From contig CM069140.1 in assembly GCA_035221665.1 (NCBI GenBank), positions 16,182,001 through 16,246,000 on the forward strand: a stretch of DNA of 64,000 nucleotides. The letters are read 5' to 3'. The notes beneath the pieces were generated by a model that was not told the origin of the DNA, made no database searches, and was given only the letters and a program-made list of their open reading frames with translations. This document shows, in pieces, positions 37,353 through 49,575 of this stretch (within the stretch, counting starts at the first letter, position 1; the number at the start of each line of letters is the position of its first letter). Both the position numbers and the translations under genes were made by a program. This DNA comes from Okamejei kenojei (taxonomy: Eukaryota).

Positions 37353-38489
37353 GATGATGGTTCAAGGCAAAATGGGTAGGATAAACAAAGATTCAAAAGA
37401 TGGACCTAGAGGCGGTGTAAATAGCAGACGGTAGAAACGTAGGAAAAGCACTAACGTTCTTTATTTGTTCATTTTTTTCTTGTTTCTGCATTTAAAAGAT
37501 ATTATATCTCCAACATCCTGAAAATCAGATGATCAGTGGCAGTAAATGTCAACCCTTTCTCTCTCCTTGTCTGCCCGGTGAATGATTCTACCAGCATTAT
37601 CTTTATTGCCACCTATGGATGGTCACCTTGACGCTGATTTAGGGCGTGTACATCTCCTCGTTTCTTGAAGTCGGTAACTAGCTCCTTGGTCTTGCTGACA
37701 TTCAATGAGGGGTTGTTGCATTGACACCACTAAGCTCCCCATCTCCTTCCAGTGTCCCCCTCCCCCCCTCCCCACAACCCCCCCCCCCCCCCCCCTCATT
37801 GTTGGAGATTGGGCCCACTATTGTGGTGTCGTCCAAACACTTGTAAATGGAATAAGAGCAGAATTTGGCTGCAAAGTTGTGAGTATTTATGGAGCACAGT
37901 AAGGGCTGATAAACCATCCTTACTGGGCACCAGTGTTGAGAATTATCATGGAGGATGAATTTGTTGCCTCTCCAGGATGAATGTGGTCTAGGGTCAGGAA
38001 GTGAAACCATAGAGAAAGACATTAAAAAAATAAAGAATATTCAATGAATTAAATTGTAGCATTGACGCCACTCATCACAGCGGAACAGCATGGGGTTTTA
38101 ATGGAAAACTAGTTATGAAATTCAGAAAGTTATGGAGAGTGCCCAGACGATGAACCTTGGTTCAACTCTCCTCTCCTCTCCCCCGTAGTGTTGTAGGGAT
38201 GGCAGCAGATTTCTTTGGTATCCCATTATATTTCAAAGGCATTCTTACAAGGAAACAAGGTGTCTGGAGATATACATTGTATATATTTGAATAATGGTCA
38301 TAGAGGCAGTTCCATGTAGGTTGGATCGCACCAGGCAGCTAGTGAAGTACGTACTCTTGAAGTGCAGTTTAGTCATAAAGGAGGAAATGTGGAAGCCAAT
38401 GTTCCCACTGCAAGCTCCCCAAACACCAATTGGTAAAGGCATGATACAAGCTTCTATTCATATAGATTGAAGAATACATATTGCATATG

Positions 38490-38533
<44 letters not shown>

Positions 38534-39611
38534 ACCAGCTGAACATGGAAACATAGAAAACAGGTGCAGGAGTTGGCCATTCAGCCCTTCGAGCCAGCAC
38601 TGCCATTCAATATGATCATGGCTTATCATCGAAAATCAGTACCACATCCAAAACCAGTACCCCGCAGTATATATTTGAATAATAAATCAGCAGGCAGATG
38701 TTGTCTTGAGCGGCATCACTCTAGGCCAACCTGGGGTAAATTAGTTGATTCTGGGTTTGTACATATTTTTTTCTCATTGATTGATTGGGTTTGGTTCTGG
38801 TATATCGGTATCTGTTTATCATTAGTTTTTCATAAAGAAGTGAAATAACATTGTAATGTGCGATTGAAGTTGCCAGGGCTAAACGGGACTCACCTCCAAG
38901 TGGCGGTATCAGCCTTCATGTGGACAGCAGCCTCGATGGCCGGTTGTTTTCTGGGACCATGGCTGGAATGATTGTCAGCCAGTTGTCAAACTTTGGTTGT
39001 GAACATTGAGCTATATATACTGCTTTATTCCCTTAATATTAAAATGCTGCTTCATAAATGATCGCTTCATTTAAAACTGCTGCCCTCAAGTGTGTTGGAG
39101 AGTGGAAACTGTTGCTTATTCTTTTTTTTAAATAAAACAGTGAAATGAAAATGTGGAATCCTCAATTACTCCGCTTTCAAAATCTATTTAGCATAGTTTG
39201 GGGGAAATTAAAGTGTGTGTTTTACTTCAGTGATCTTGACCGATTTTTGCAATGAATGCAGAAAGGTTTGCAAACACATATTTCAGTACAATAGTGGAAG
39301 GATAGCAATGGATTATTAAACATCTCATACTGAACAGTGTGGCGCTCGATGAGCTTGAACTGTCTGTACCGTAGAATAGCAATCTGTGCGCCTGAGGCCA
39401 GGGAAGGGGTGTGTGATGATGACAATCGTAAGACCTTGCTACTTTATAACTTTCTATGTCTTTTTAAACCTTTATAAAATATTATCTGGATATTTTAGGT
39501 CACTCACACAGGGAAGACCCCAACCTTTTGTAAACCTTTTAATACCTTGAGATTTTACAAGAATATGTCACGTGGTAAACAGACTGCAAATACTCTTGTA
39601 TTTTAGTTGAG

Positions 39612-39860
39612 AGATAGTCCGCGCCGACCAGCTATCCCCGCACATTAACACTACCCCACACACACTCGGGACAATTTACACTCATACCAAATCAATTCAT
39701 TATACAACCCTGCACGTCTTTGAAAGAAAGGATCTCGGCAAAAACCCACGCGGTCACAGGGAGACCATGCAAACTCCGTACAGTCAGCACCCGTAGTCGG
39801 CATCGCAAGTGCTGCAAGGTCGCTCTACAGCCGCACCACAGTGGCGCCCCTGTCCACCAT
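39612..39860 (-). mobile_element. HE1/V-like tRNA SINE (degenerate)
   Basis: Reverse complement similar to the other copies. Confidence 0.65.
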
Positions 39861-41871
39861 GTGACTCCACCTCGAGTCCCTGAAAGAGGTCTATGATGAC
39901 TGAAGCTCATATTTGGAAATCCAAATAGTTGGTGACATTGATTTGAGTATTTGGTTTTAAATGAGCTGTACATATTCTGAGCTGAAAGTAATAATAATTC
40001 AAGACTGACTTGAATCAACGCCACCAACTCAAGCTGACATATTATCATATCGCCGTTATGGGACTTGCATGTAAACGGCATGTGCTGTTTTCTCTATGGC
40101 AACAGTGTGTTCACTGCAGAAATCTTTAATTAGCTGGAACGCTCTCTGGGATATCCTGAGGTCAGGAGGAGAGGTTTCAGTCCAGCCACTTTCTTCCTAC
40201 TGCGGGAAGTGATATTGCCCCGAGGTCAATGTGTTTATTGTTGTCCAGTAGTGCTTCTGCAGATGTATTTGTGGGGATATCCGGCAAATGTTCAGATATG
40301 GCATTTGAAATGTGAGCCGAGGTAGGGGGATTTCGTTAAAATACACCTTCGTAGGGCAGGAGTAGAGGAGGCGGGCACGTTATCCCCAAACACTGCCTCA
40401 AAACAGTGCAGGAAGGATCTGCAGATTTGGACGGACATTTCGTGTCGGGACCTTTCTTCAGACTGAAGCAGTTTGCCTTTCCTCCAGCAGTTTGCTTTTT
40501 GCTTACGATTCCAGCACCCGCAGTCTCTTGTGTGCCTGAAACATTACCCTTGCTTTTGACTGCATTGCTGTTACCCGATTTGACTATTTCCTGCAATTTA
40601 TTTTTACATTAAATAATTCTTAATTCCTTTTGAAATCGACCATGACCATGAATAATTATCCCAATCACTAGATGTTTTACTTGTGTAATCTTTCACTGAC
40701 TGGATAGTCACTGACATTTGGAGGCGCTATGAAAGTAATGAATGGTTTAGAAGCTAGTTGAAGCCAGTTGCCTGAATCTGGGTCACCCCTCCGATCTTTA
40801 GCCCCCGCAGCCGCAGGTTCCGGATAACCGACCCAAGCCGACTGCAGACGTTGGTTATACACCGAAGATAGACACAAAATGCTGGAGTAACTCAGCGAGA
40901 CAGGCAGCATCTCTGGAGACCGTGGAGAGGGAGTCCAGAGATATGGAAGGGTAGGGTGTGAAAACCATAGATCAAAGCAGGCGTTGATCAAGGAAATGGT
41001 TCATGGTTGGCTGACGGGAAGGTGACAGGGTGGCAGACAATCAGTGAAATTAATCAGGACAGTGAAACTAGTCGGAGAACGGCCTCAAAACGTCCAGGTT
41101 GCAAAGATCATGTTTCAGCAACTGCAGATTGAGACAGCGGGCCAATTGCTCCATTGGCAAACAAATAGGAAAGTTCTTGGACAGAAGTGTGAAGGGAGGA
41201 GACAAGATGGGGTCCAAATCGGCAGGCTCCCCCTGGCTGCTTCTCTGGCGCTGCTGAGAACTCTAGCGTTTGTTAGTCCCGCTTCAGTCTTATTTTGGGG
41301 AACAGCACACCAATCTGTCACAAAATGACAGGACAAATCTCCCACGGGAGTTGGATTATACTGCACACGTTTGAAATCCCTGTTTACTGCTGTAAACTGT
41401 CAGCCGTGTTCACCCGGGGTCACGGGGTACTTCTGACAAGGAAACAAGCGAGTGCATGTATGCAGATTGCTCGGAAAAACACAATTGGAAGTTGAGGAGT
41501 CGCCGCGTCTAATTCCCGAAACGCCCTGACCAGTGGAGAGTTGCTGCAGTTGATTACATTGGGTCGCAATCATCTTCTCAAAACAATGACCTTGGAAGCC
41601 AGTAAACACTGTATGTAACAAAAAAGTGGATAAGCAGAAGGGAGATTTAGGACGAATGGTCATAGCCTCAGAATTAAAGGACTTCCTTTAAGGAGATGAG
41701 GAGGAATTTATTTAGTCAGAGGGTGGTGAATCTGTGGAATTCTTTGCCACAGGAGGCTGTGGAGGCCAGGTCAATGGGTACCTTCTAGCCCTGGCGACAG
41801 CCTGGTAAATCTTCTCTGAACCCTTTCCAGTTTGACCACGTCTTTCCTATAACAGTGGTAGTAAAATTACA

Positions 41872-42676
41872 ATAGGGGGGTTGCACGTAAGGTCACTGGG
41901 TCATAGGGCTTGACGCACGGAGCCGCTCAACCCATCTGGAGGACATCACAGCTTCCCGTATATGTTATTAATACACGAAACGCGTACTTTCCTACCTGTT
42001 AAACACCGCCAAAATGTTGAATTTGTGCGCTGTAAAAAAATGTGGAAGTCGGGGTAAGCGTGAGAGACGTGTACCCAACTTCAGAATTCCAAAAGTGAAG
42101 CGAAATGAAGGTAAAGAGAAGCGAGAGCTGAAGGGCCAACAGCAGCTAAAGTGCTTGGCGGACATTGGCCGTGCAGATATCGGAATTGAAAATATTGGGA
42201 ATCATCGCGTTTACTCACTGCATTTCATCAACAGTAAGGCATTATTTGTGTTTTTTCTTGATTCCTTTGGTATCTAAAAAGTCTCAGAAGTGATAAATCT
42301 GGCTGTAAATTTTGCTTCAAGGCGTTTACTTTTTGTGTGTAAAAACCCACTTGAGAACCATGGGCGATTTAAAAAAATTTACACCCAGATTTATCGCTTC
42401 TGAAACTTTTTAGATGCCAAAGGAATCAAGAAAAAACACAAATAATGCCTTAGTTGATGAAAAGCAGCGAGCAAACGGCCAATGTTCGCCAAGCACTCTG
42501 GCTGTTGTTGTCCCTTCAGCTCTCGCTTCTATCTACCGTCATTTCTCCTCACTTTTGGAAATCTGAAGTAGGCTAAATGTCTCTCAGGCTTATCCCGATT
42601 TCCATAATTATTTACAGCGCAATAATTGACCATTTCGGCGGGTTTTAACGGGCCCGCTACGCTGGAAACAATGGTC
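41872..42676. mobile_element. Palindromic non-autonomous DNA element derived from a THAP-domain transposon (possibly ISL2EU/Harbinger-like); right terminus apparently missing
   Basis: Inverted arms 41995-42313 and 42374-42652, each encoding a decayed THAP domain (CAVKKC..FRIPK..RVYSLHF; MVNYCAV..FRFPK). Confidence 0.75.
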
Positions 42677-42762
42677 AGTGGTTACTTGTACTCCACTTGG
42701 CGCAGCGTAGCAACAGTACGGGGCATGGGCCGTGAAACCTCCTAATAGTGAAACCCACGCAC

Positions 42763-43029
42763 CTTGAACATGGAATTCCACCTCCTTGGCGATTGTCCCC
42801 AGTTTATTGCTGGCTTCACAACGGTACATTCCCGTGTCCCCGAACAGGGCGGGTGACAGGTGCAGAATCGCTCGGTCCACGGCCACGACTGACCAGTTGC
42901 CGGCGGATAACTTGCTCCACACAATCCTGGCAGCGGGGCTGCTGTCTGCAGCACAGGTTAGCCAAACATCCTGACCCTCTCTCACTGTGGCAGAGGGCTC
43001 CGCAGTAATGTTAATCCCTGTGGGAGCAT
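42763..43029 (-). CDS. VCAM1: VCAM1-like Ig exon (domain 3/6 type: YAPTGINITAEPSATVREGQDVWLTC...DTGMYRCEASN...KEVEFHVQ)
   Basis: TCTACAG acceptor, GT donor, 267 bp, phase 1-1; Ig C-W-DxGxYxC pattern; KEVE motif as in VCAM1 D3/D6. Confidence 0.8.
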
Positions 43030-43147
43030 CTGTAGAAGGAGATGGGATCATTCAGTACATTAAAGGCGGGCGACTCAAGCCATTGTCCAGACTACGTCTA
43101 TAACTGGGACTCCTTTCTCAATGTTATATATCTGTCTCCATACTTAC

Positions 43148-43450
43148 AGTGAACCTGTAACGTTAGAGTCCCCTCGGCCTTGCGTGGTTGGTTGTCCGTG
43201 AGTAATTGCACTCGGCATGTCAGCTCTTGTCCCGAGTCTCGCAATTCGGCCGTCAGTTCGTAGGTGAAGTTCATCGCTGTTTCTTCCTCTGTGTAGTCGT
43301 GGAAGCTGTCGGTCTTCAGCACCGTTGTTCCTTTCAGCCACTCCACCTCCACATGAGCGGGGTAGACTTTGGGGACCGTACATCTCACAGAGCCTCTCTG
43401 GCCAACTTCCAGACTGCCCACTGTCTCCACGATGAGTGTGTCGGACAGAG
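43148..43450 (-). CDS. VCAM1: VCAM1-like Ig exon (domain 2/5 type: LEVGQRGSVRCTVPKVYP...DSGQELTCRVQL...LQVH)
   Basis: TTGCAG acceptor, GTAAGT donor, 303 bp, phase 1-1; matches VCAM1 D2 LEAG..VKCSVADVYP..DIGKVLVCRAKL; 118-bp intron to the next exon keeps frame. Confidence 0.8.
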
Positions 43451-43523
43451 CTGCAACGACACATGGATTCAGGAATCAAACAGGGATTCAGGGTGGAATG
43501 TACAGAGCCCAAGGTGCCCATCG

Positions 43524-43750
43524 ATTTAGTCAGAGGGTGGTGAATCTGCGGAATTCATTGCCACAGAAGGCTGTGGAGGCCAAAGCAATGGATATATTTA
43601 AGGCAGATTCTTGATTAGTACGGGTGTCAGAGGCTGTGGGGAAAAGACAGGAGAATGGGGTTAGGAGGGAGAGATGGATCAGCCATGATTGAATGGCGGA
43701 GTAGACTCGATGGGCCGAATGGCGTAATTCTGCTCCTATCACTTATGGCC
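43524..43750 (+). mobile_element. CR1-type LINE 3' end (similar fragments at ~41640-41780, 45555-45775, 54529-54845, 57635-57822+62510)
   Basis: FSQRVVNLxNSLPQKAVEA motif; 3' hairpin GGGCCGAATGG. Confidence 0.8.
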
Positions 43751-46700
43751 TTATTTCGCACCACACAGTAAATAACCTGGGCGGGATCAAGTGCAGAGAC
43801 CGGTGTAATTTGCTGACTTGTCACTTTTGGAGATAAGGTCAAGCTGGTCAGTTGACCCAATCTGCATCCAGCGGCCATGGCCAGCCTTCGATCTCATTCT
43901 TTCAACGAATGAGTCAGGTTGCATCCGTAAATTTGCCAGCCTTGCCCATTACCCTCTAACAGGAACACGTTTCCCCTGTGCTCTTGCTAACTAACTTTTG
44001 AAAGCCTCCACTTGCCATTTGTCCCTTTATCTGCAAAGAGTTCGATCTCATCGACCGCTGCAAATTCCTGCCTTTTACACCTCCAAAAGTGGCCTTGCCC
44101 CACTCTCTACTAATCACCGAGAGAGGGTTTGCAAGGTGTGTGGGTTGCCAGTATATTCATTCAAAACTTGTCAACCCGCTGGGAAGCCAGGTGTCCAATG
44201 CAAAATATTAAGCTTGCTTCAAAGTGACGAGGAAATGTTTGCAGCAAATCTAGATATTTTCACATCAAATAGAACTAAGCTGGGTGCTGTTCGTATGTGC
44301 AAAAACGAAGCGGAAAATACTGCGCCACTAAGACTAGTTGGCAAAGTACCTCTGGGTCACGCAACCATTGAACTCCCTTTTGGCCAGATTTTGATCTTCG
44401 GATTGTACACAATTCGAGCGGTCTCGTGGGAACGGTCCACTTTCCATCGCTGAGATAAACAAGAGCGCCACCGAAATCCCCAAACTGGAGCGCCACGTTA
44501 GTCACGCTAGAGACAGCCAGGTACTTTCACACTGGAAGTGCCGGAGAACGGAAAATCCCGGGATTATGATAGCGATCAGACAACTCGTGACAAAAGTGTT
44601 GAAAGGGGAAATGAAAACGAAAGTATTGTATGTATAGGAAGGGTTCCGACCTAAAACGTCCCCTATCCATGTTCCCCAGAGATGCTGCTCGACTCATTGA
44701 GTTATTCCAGCATTTTATGTCTTCTCGCCAAGCTGAAACCACTTTCCACTCTCACTCAATAGGTTTAGACAATAGACAATAGACAATAGGTGCCATTTGG
44801 CCCTTCGAGCCAGCACCGCCGTTTATACCCCAGCTTCCACTCAGCCCGTCATGGAGGATAGCCGCTTTCGTGAATATGTAAGAAGGAACGGCAGATGCTG
44901 GTTTACACTGAAGACAGGCACAAAATCCTGGAGTAGCTCAGCGAGACAGCCAGCTACTCCGGAGAGAAGAAATTAGTCACTTTTCAGACTGAAGAAGTCT
45001 GAAGAAGGGTCTCTCTTTAATCACACACATAAAAAGTTGAACTCCCAGCCAATGAGAAATTTTTTTTTATGTCAGATTTCCAGATTTATATATTTTTAAA
45101 TTTTCTAAATATATACTTTAGCTCAAAATGTCATTCCATGTTGGCCGTTCTGGGACATGCCTTGGATTTAAAAAGATGATTTAAAGCATTAAATAAAGAT
45201 AGATTGGTGCTGGCACAGTCTAAAGTGATTGATTTTGAAGCATGTTTAGTCTCATTTACAACTATAAATAAGTTCACAGATTGTGGAGGGAGCGACAAGT
45301 CACATTTTTGTTTCTTGGTAAAAGCTCGCCAAGTCTCCCACCATAGCTTACGAGCGAGTTTATTTGCTCAATTCGTTTCTTGGTAAAATTGCTCTGAATT
45401 GTTTCAGAGTATATGTTGGAGAGTTTCAGAGAATAAAAATGCTCACTCAGAGCATTCTGGCTTTCTTTATTCAGAAAAGCCAAGGGGGACAGGTTTCCTT
45501 CTATTTAAGTTTACAGTAAAACCATATGAAGCAGATTTGGATTCCTTAATTTTTTCACACAAAGGGTGGTCGTTGTGAGCTGTCAGTGGAGGCAAGGACT
45601 ATCCCAACATTTAAGAAACAGTTAGGCAGGTACATGGATAGGTCAGGTTTGGAGGGATATGGACCAAATGCGGGCAGGTGGGACTGGTGTAGCTGGGACA
45701 TGTTGGCCGGTGTGGGCAAGTTGGGCCAAACGGCCTGTTTCCACATTCTATGACTCTATGACTCTATAATGTACAGCCTGTGACAATTGTAAGAGGGAGG
45801 GTAGAAATTATTAGCGATAAATTCCTGTTTTATTAGCAATCCTGATGTGTATTCTGGAAGACTAACCGTCTCTTTATTTTCATTTCTAGTCCAATTGTTA
45901 TCCCCAACTTTTGACAAGGTTAAGTTTATTGACTTGGACAAAAGCTATTGTTTCAATTCTCAAATTCTTCCTGTTTACTGATGATCATTGAAGTTAATTT
46001 ATGTCCTCGTTCACAGAGTCCTCTTGCAGCCATCAGTCTCGCCCCACATCACCCGCAGGAGATAAATCTAATCTCAGGACACTGTCATGGCCAGGATTGT
46101 TCAAGGCAAGGAATGTTTGGCTTGCGAGTCCCTTTGACCTTGAGTTCTGCACACTTTGTGTGGATTTCTGCTTCCCTTTCTGTGAGACGCGTTATTTTCC
46201 ATCATCGTTTGGCCAGTGACTATTTTTTCTTACGCTTGTGCTGCCAGAAAAATATGAGTTGTTATTTACAGTTCTTGCAGGCCTTGTTTGTTGTGTTTCA
46301 TACCATCTGTCCATGAAGCTAGGATTTAAATTATATTCCAAATCATTTTATAGCCTTCCAGTCCCAACATGATAGAACAACTTTTGGTTTTAACCACAGA
46401 TCTTATTTTCTTGTAGAACATCGCAGGTGACTGTTCCATAGCAATCGCGAGCAAAAAAATGGAGCAAGCTGTTGTTTTGTGCAAAGATCGCCGACTGGTC
46501 TGTAATTCTGGGGCGGTCTCTACCACTGGCATTTCTGCCAGATTTCCTGATCGTGGGTTCACGTGAAGATAAACAAATCTGATGTTCATGTTGCTGTTAC
46601 TAATCCTGTCTCATGCTCATGTTCGTAGTTCATGTGAATACAACCAAAAGCAGCAGTAGTTGTCCAGAGGGTCCTTTGAGTCTGCCTTGCCATTCAATGA

Positions 46701-47243
46701 AATCATTTAATCTTGACCTGCAAACCTACTCCTTTCCCATTTCTAATTCTTGACTCCCTGTGTGACCAAAAATCGGTCACTGACTTAAATCTATTTCATT
46801 GTTCATCTCTCCAGGATAGAGATTTCCAAATGATGAAATAACATGGCCCATGTTGGGCTGTGTCTTCTTGTAACAATCACAGGAGCTATAAAAAGCTGTG
46901 CAATAATCAGGATAACTTTTGTTTAATGATCAGAAGGAAATTATTCCCTTCATATTGCCTTTGGGAGAGGCTACAAAAAGGTTTTAAATGCAAATTCGTC
47001 CATCTTTTCCTGGAACCTGCACTAATGAAATCCTTGAGTTACATAATTCCTTCTGCAGGGGCATCTCACACTTAGGACAGAACCACTTGGTCTCACCATC
47101 TGACATTTACTGATCTGTGAATGGCAAGTGTGGATTCTGTTCCAACTCAATATATCTGTGCGAACCAATGCAAAAGTTTATGAATATGAATTGTCTCAAT
47201 GGAATTTAGCTCCTTCGAGTCAGCCAATGAATAAAAAAAGCAG

Positions 47244-47462
47244 AAAATAGACACAAAATGCTGGAGTAACTCAGCGGGACAGGCAGCATCTCTGGAGAGA
47301 AGGAATGGGTGACGTTTTGGGCCGAGAACAGTCTGAAGAAGGGTCTCGACCCGAAACATCACCCATTTCTTCTCTCCAGAGATGCTGCCTGTCCCGTTGA
47401 GTTACTCCAGCATTTTGTGTCTATCTTTAATTTAAACCAGCATCTGCAGTTCCTTCCTACAC
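47244..47462. mobile_element. Palindromic Penelope-terminus element with TSD
   Basis: Inverted arms; flanking duplication ATAAAAAA(A)GCAG at 47231-47243 and 47463-47474; hammerhead-like core 47333-47360. Confidence 0.8.
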
Positions 47463-47644
47463 ATAAAAAAGCAGGATAAGGTAAGTGACTGGATTTGCAA
47501 CAAAAAAAGTTAACTTACAGGAAAAGAAGCGCCTCTTTATAGTACAAATAAAACTCAATAACAAAAATTACATCCATCACCCTCAAGGAAATAAGGGTAG
47601 TTTCACCAGGAAAATGGACTAAACAAAAGATGGTTTAGTTTAGA

Positions 47645-48065
47645 TATTTGTCACGTGTACCGAGGAACAGTGAAAAACTTTTGTTGCATTCTAACCAGTC
47701 AGCGGAAAGACAATGAATGATTACAATTGAGCCATTCACAGAGCACAGATACATGATAAAGGGAATAACATGAATAATGTTTAGTGCAAGATAGAGCCAG
47801 TAAAGTCAATCAAAGATAGTCCAAGGGTATCCAATGAAGTAGGTAGTAGTTCAACACTGCTCTCTGGCTGTGGTAGGATGGTTCAGTTGCCTGATAACAG
47901 CTGGGAAGAAACTCTCCCTGAATCTGGAGGTGTGCGTTTTCACACTTCTATAGCTTTTGCCCGATGGGAGATGGGAGGTATAAATGGAGTCCATTTTTTG
48001 TGATGGTCTTGGCAGCATCCACATTTCTTGCGGTCTTGGATGGAGCTGTTCCCAAGTCATGCTGT
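47645..48065 (-). mobile_element. Rex1/Babar-type 3' fragment (similar one at ~55397-55940)
   Basis: LPSGKSYRSVKTHTSRFRESFFPAVIR on the minus strand plus the characteristic tail. Confidence 0.75.
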
Positions 48066-49575
48066 GATAGTTCCAAACCAATCAGCCAAACCATACTTCC
48101 AGACTAATCATATTCATAGGCTGCATAAGAACAGTTTCAGCCTTTTACAGTGGTGTGGTCAGAAGGTTTGATTGGCAGCAGATTCACTTCCCACTCTGGT
48201 TTCTAATAGTATCATAATTCTGGAAATAACCTTGTGATCATGCACTTTCCTGTCATTGTTCAGATCAGTTTTCAGCCCTGGTTTGAACTGTGTGAAATAA
48301 ATCATATCTGCTGTCATAATCAGGAGGTTTGCATTGCCTGAGTAAAACAATGAATCTGATCACAATCTTGAATAAGAAATATGTTTACTGGAGGCCTGGC
48401 AAATCACAGTTTCACAAAGGCTCAGTTTTTTGAACAGCAAATGGCTTTGTTTTTCCTTTGTTTGGATGAGTCACTGAGACAAGATCACAAGGTCAAGGAA
48501 TAGTAGAATTAGGCCATTCGGCCCATCAAGCCCACTCCGACATTCAATCATGGCTGATCATTCTCTCCCTCTTAACCCCATTCTCCTGCCTTCTCCCCAT
48601 AACCTCTCACCCACGTACTAATCATGAATCTATCTATCTCTGCCTTTAAAATATCCACTGACAGCCTCTACAGCCCTCCACAGGCAAAGAATTCCACATA
48701 TTCACCACGCAGCTCATTCCTTATGGTAAGAATCCAAGCACACCGTGTGAGCATCTTTGCCTTTATCTATTCAGCCAGTTACAAGTTAATATCTCCAAGT
48801 GACAACCTAAAATGAGAAGTTACAACGGCAAAAAACTCCCAGTAATTTATCAAACGTTTAGTCTTTTATAAATCCACATTGACTCTGCTGGATATTATTA
48901 TATTATTATGTTTCCACTCCCTTAGTATTAGATTCTACCATTTTTGCTGCGACTGATGTCAGACCATTTAGTTAACAGTTCCCTGTTTTTTCTCTTCTTA
49001 TTGTTTACTGTTCTCTCTCTCATTTTTGTCTGTGGGAACAGTTCCAGTATCTGTGGAATTTTGGAAGCTGCCAGCTGAGGCAAGCACTATCTCCATGTCG
49101 ACTTATTTCAAGAACCTGGCCTGCAGGTCATCAGGATTTATTGACTTTTTGTGCCATTGATCTGCCTAATACTACTTTTAGCTAATGTTATTTATTCCAA
49201 CTCCTTGTTTATTTGGCACTGCTTTTCCCGACTATTTCCAGGATAATTTCCATCTTCTTCTGTGAACATAACTACAAAATATTTCAGTCATTTCCAATTC
49301 TCCCAATATAATTTACATGTGTAGGGACGAACTGCAGATGCTGGTGAAAACCGAAGACAAACAAAATGTACAAGTCTCATCTGTAAAGTCGTTAACTTTG
49401 GCTAACATTTTCCTCTTCATTATAACGACAGAAGTTTTAACAATATATTTTTATATTTCTTGTTCGACCACCCATGTAATCTATTTTCTCTATCCTTTTA
49501 TATTTCTTGGTGTATTTTGTAATTGTCCTTGAACTCAGGATTTTTTTCTGGCAACATTATAAACCCTTTTACATT

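Noticed and set aside
45200-48400. EXTL2 exons expected from synteny
   Set aside because: No EXTL2-like peptide recognised in the frames examined
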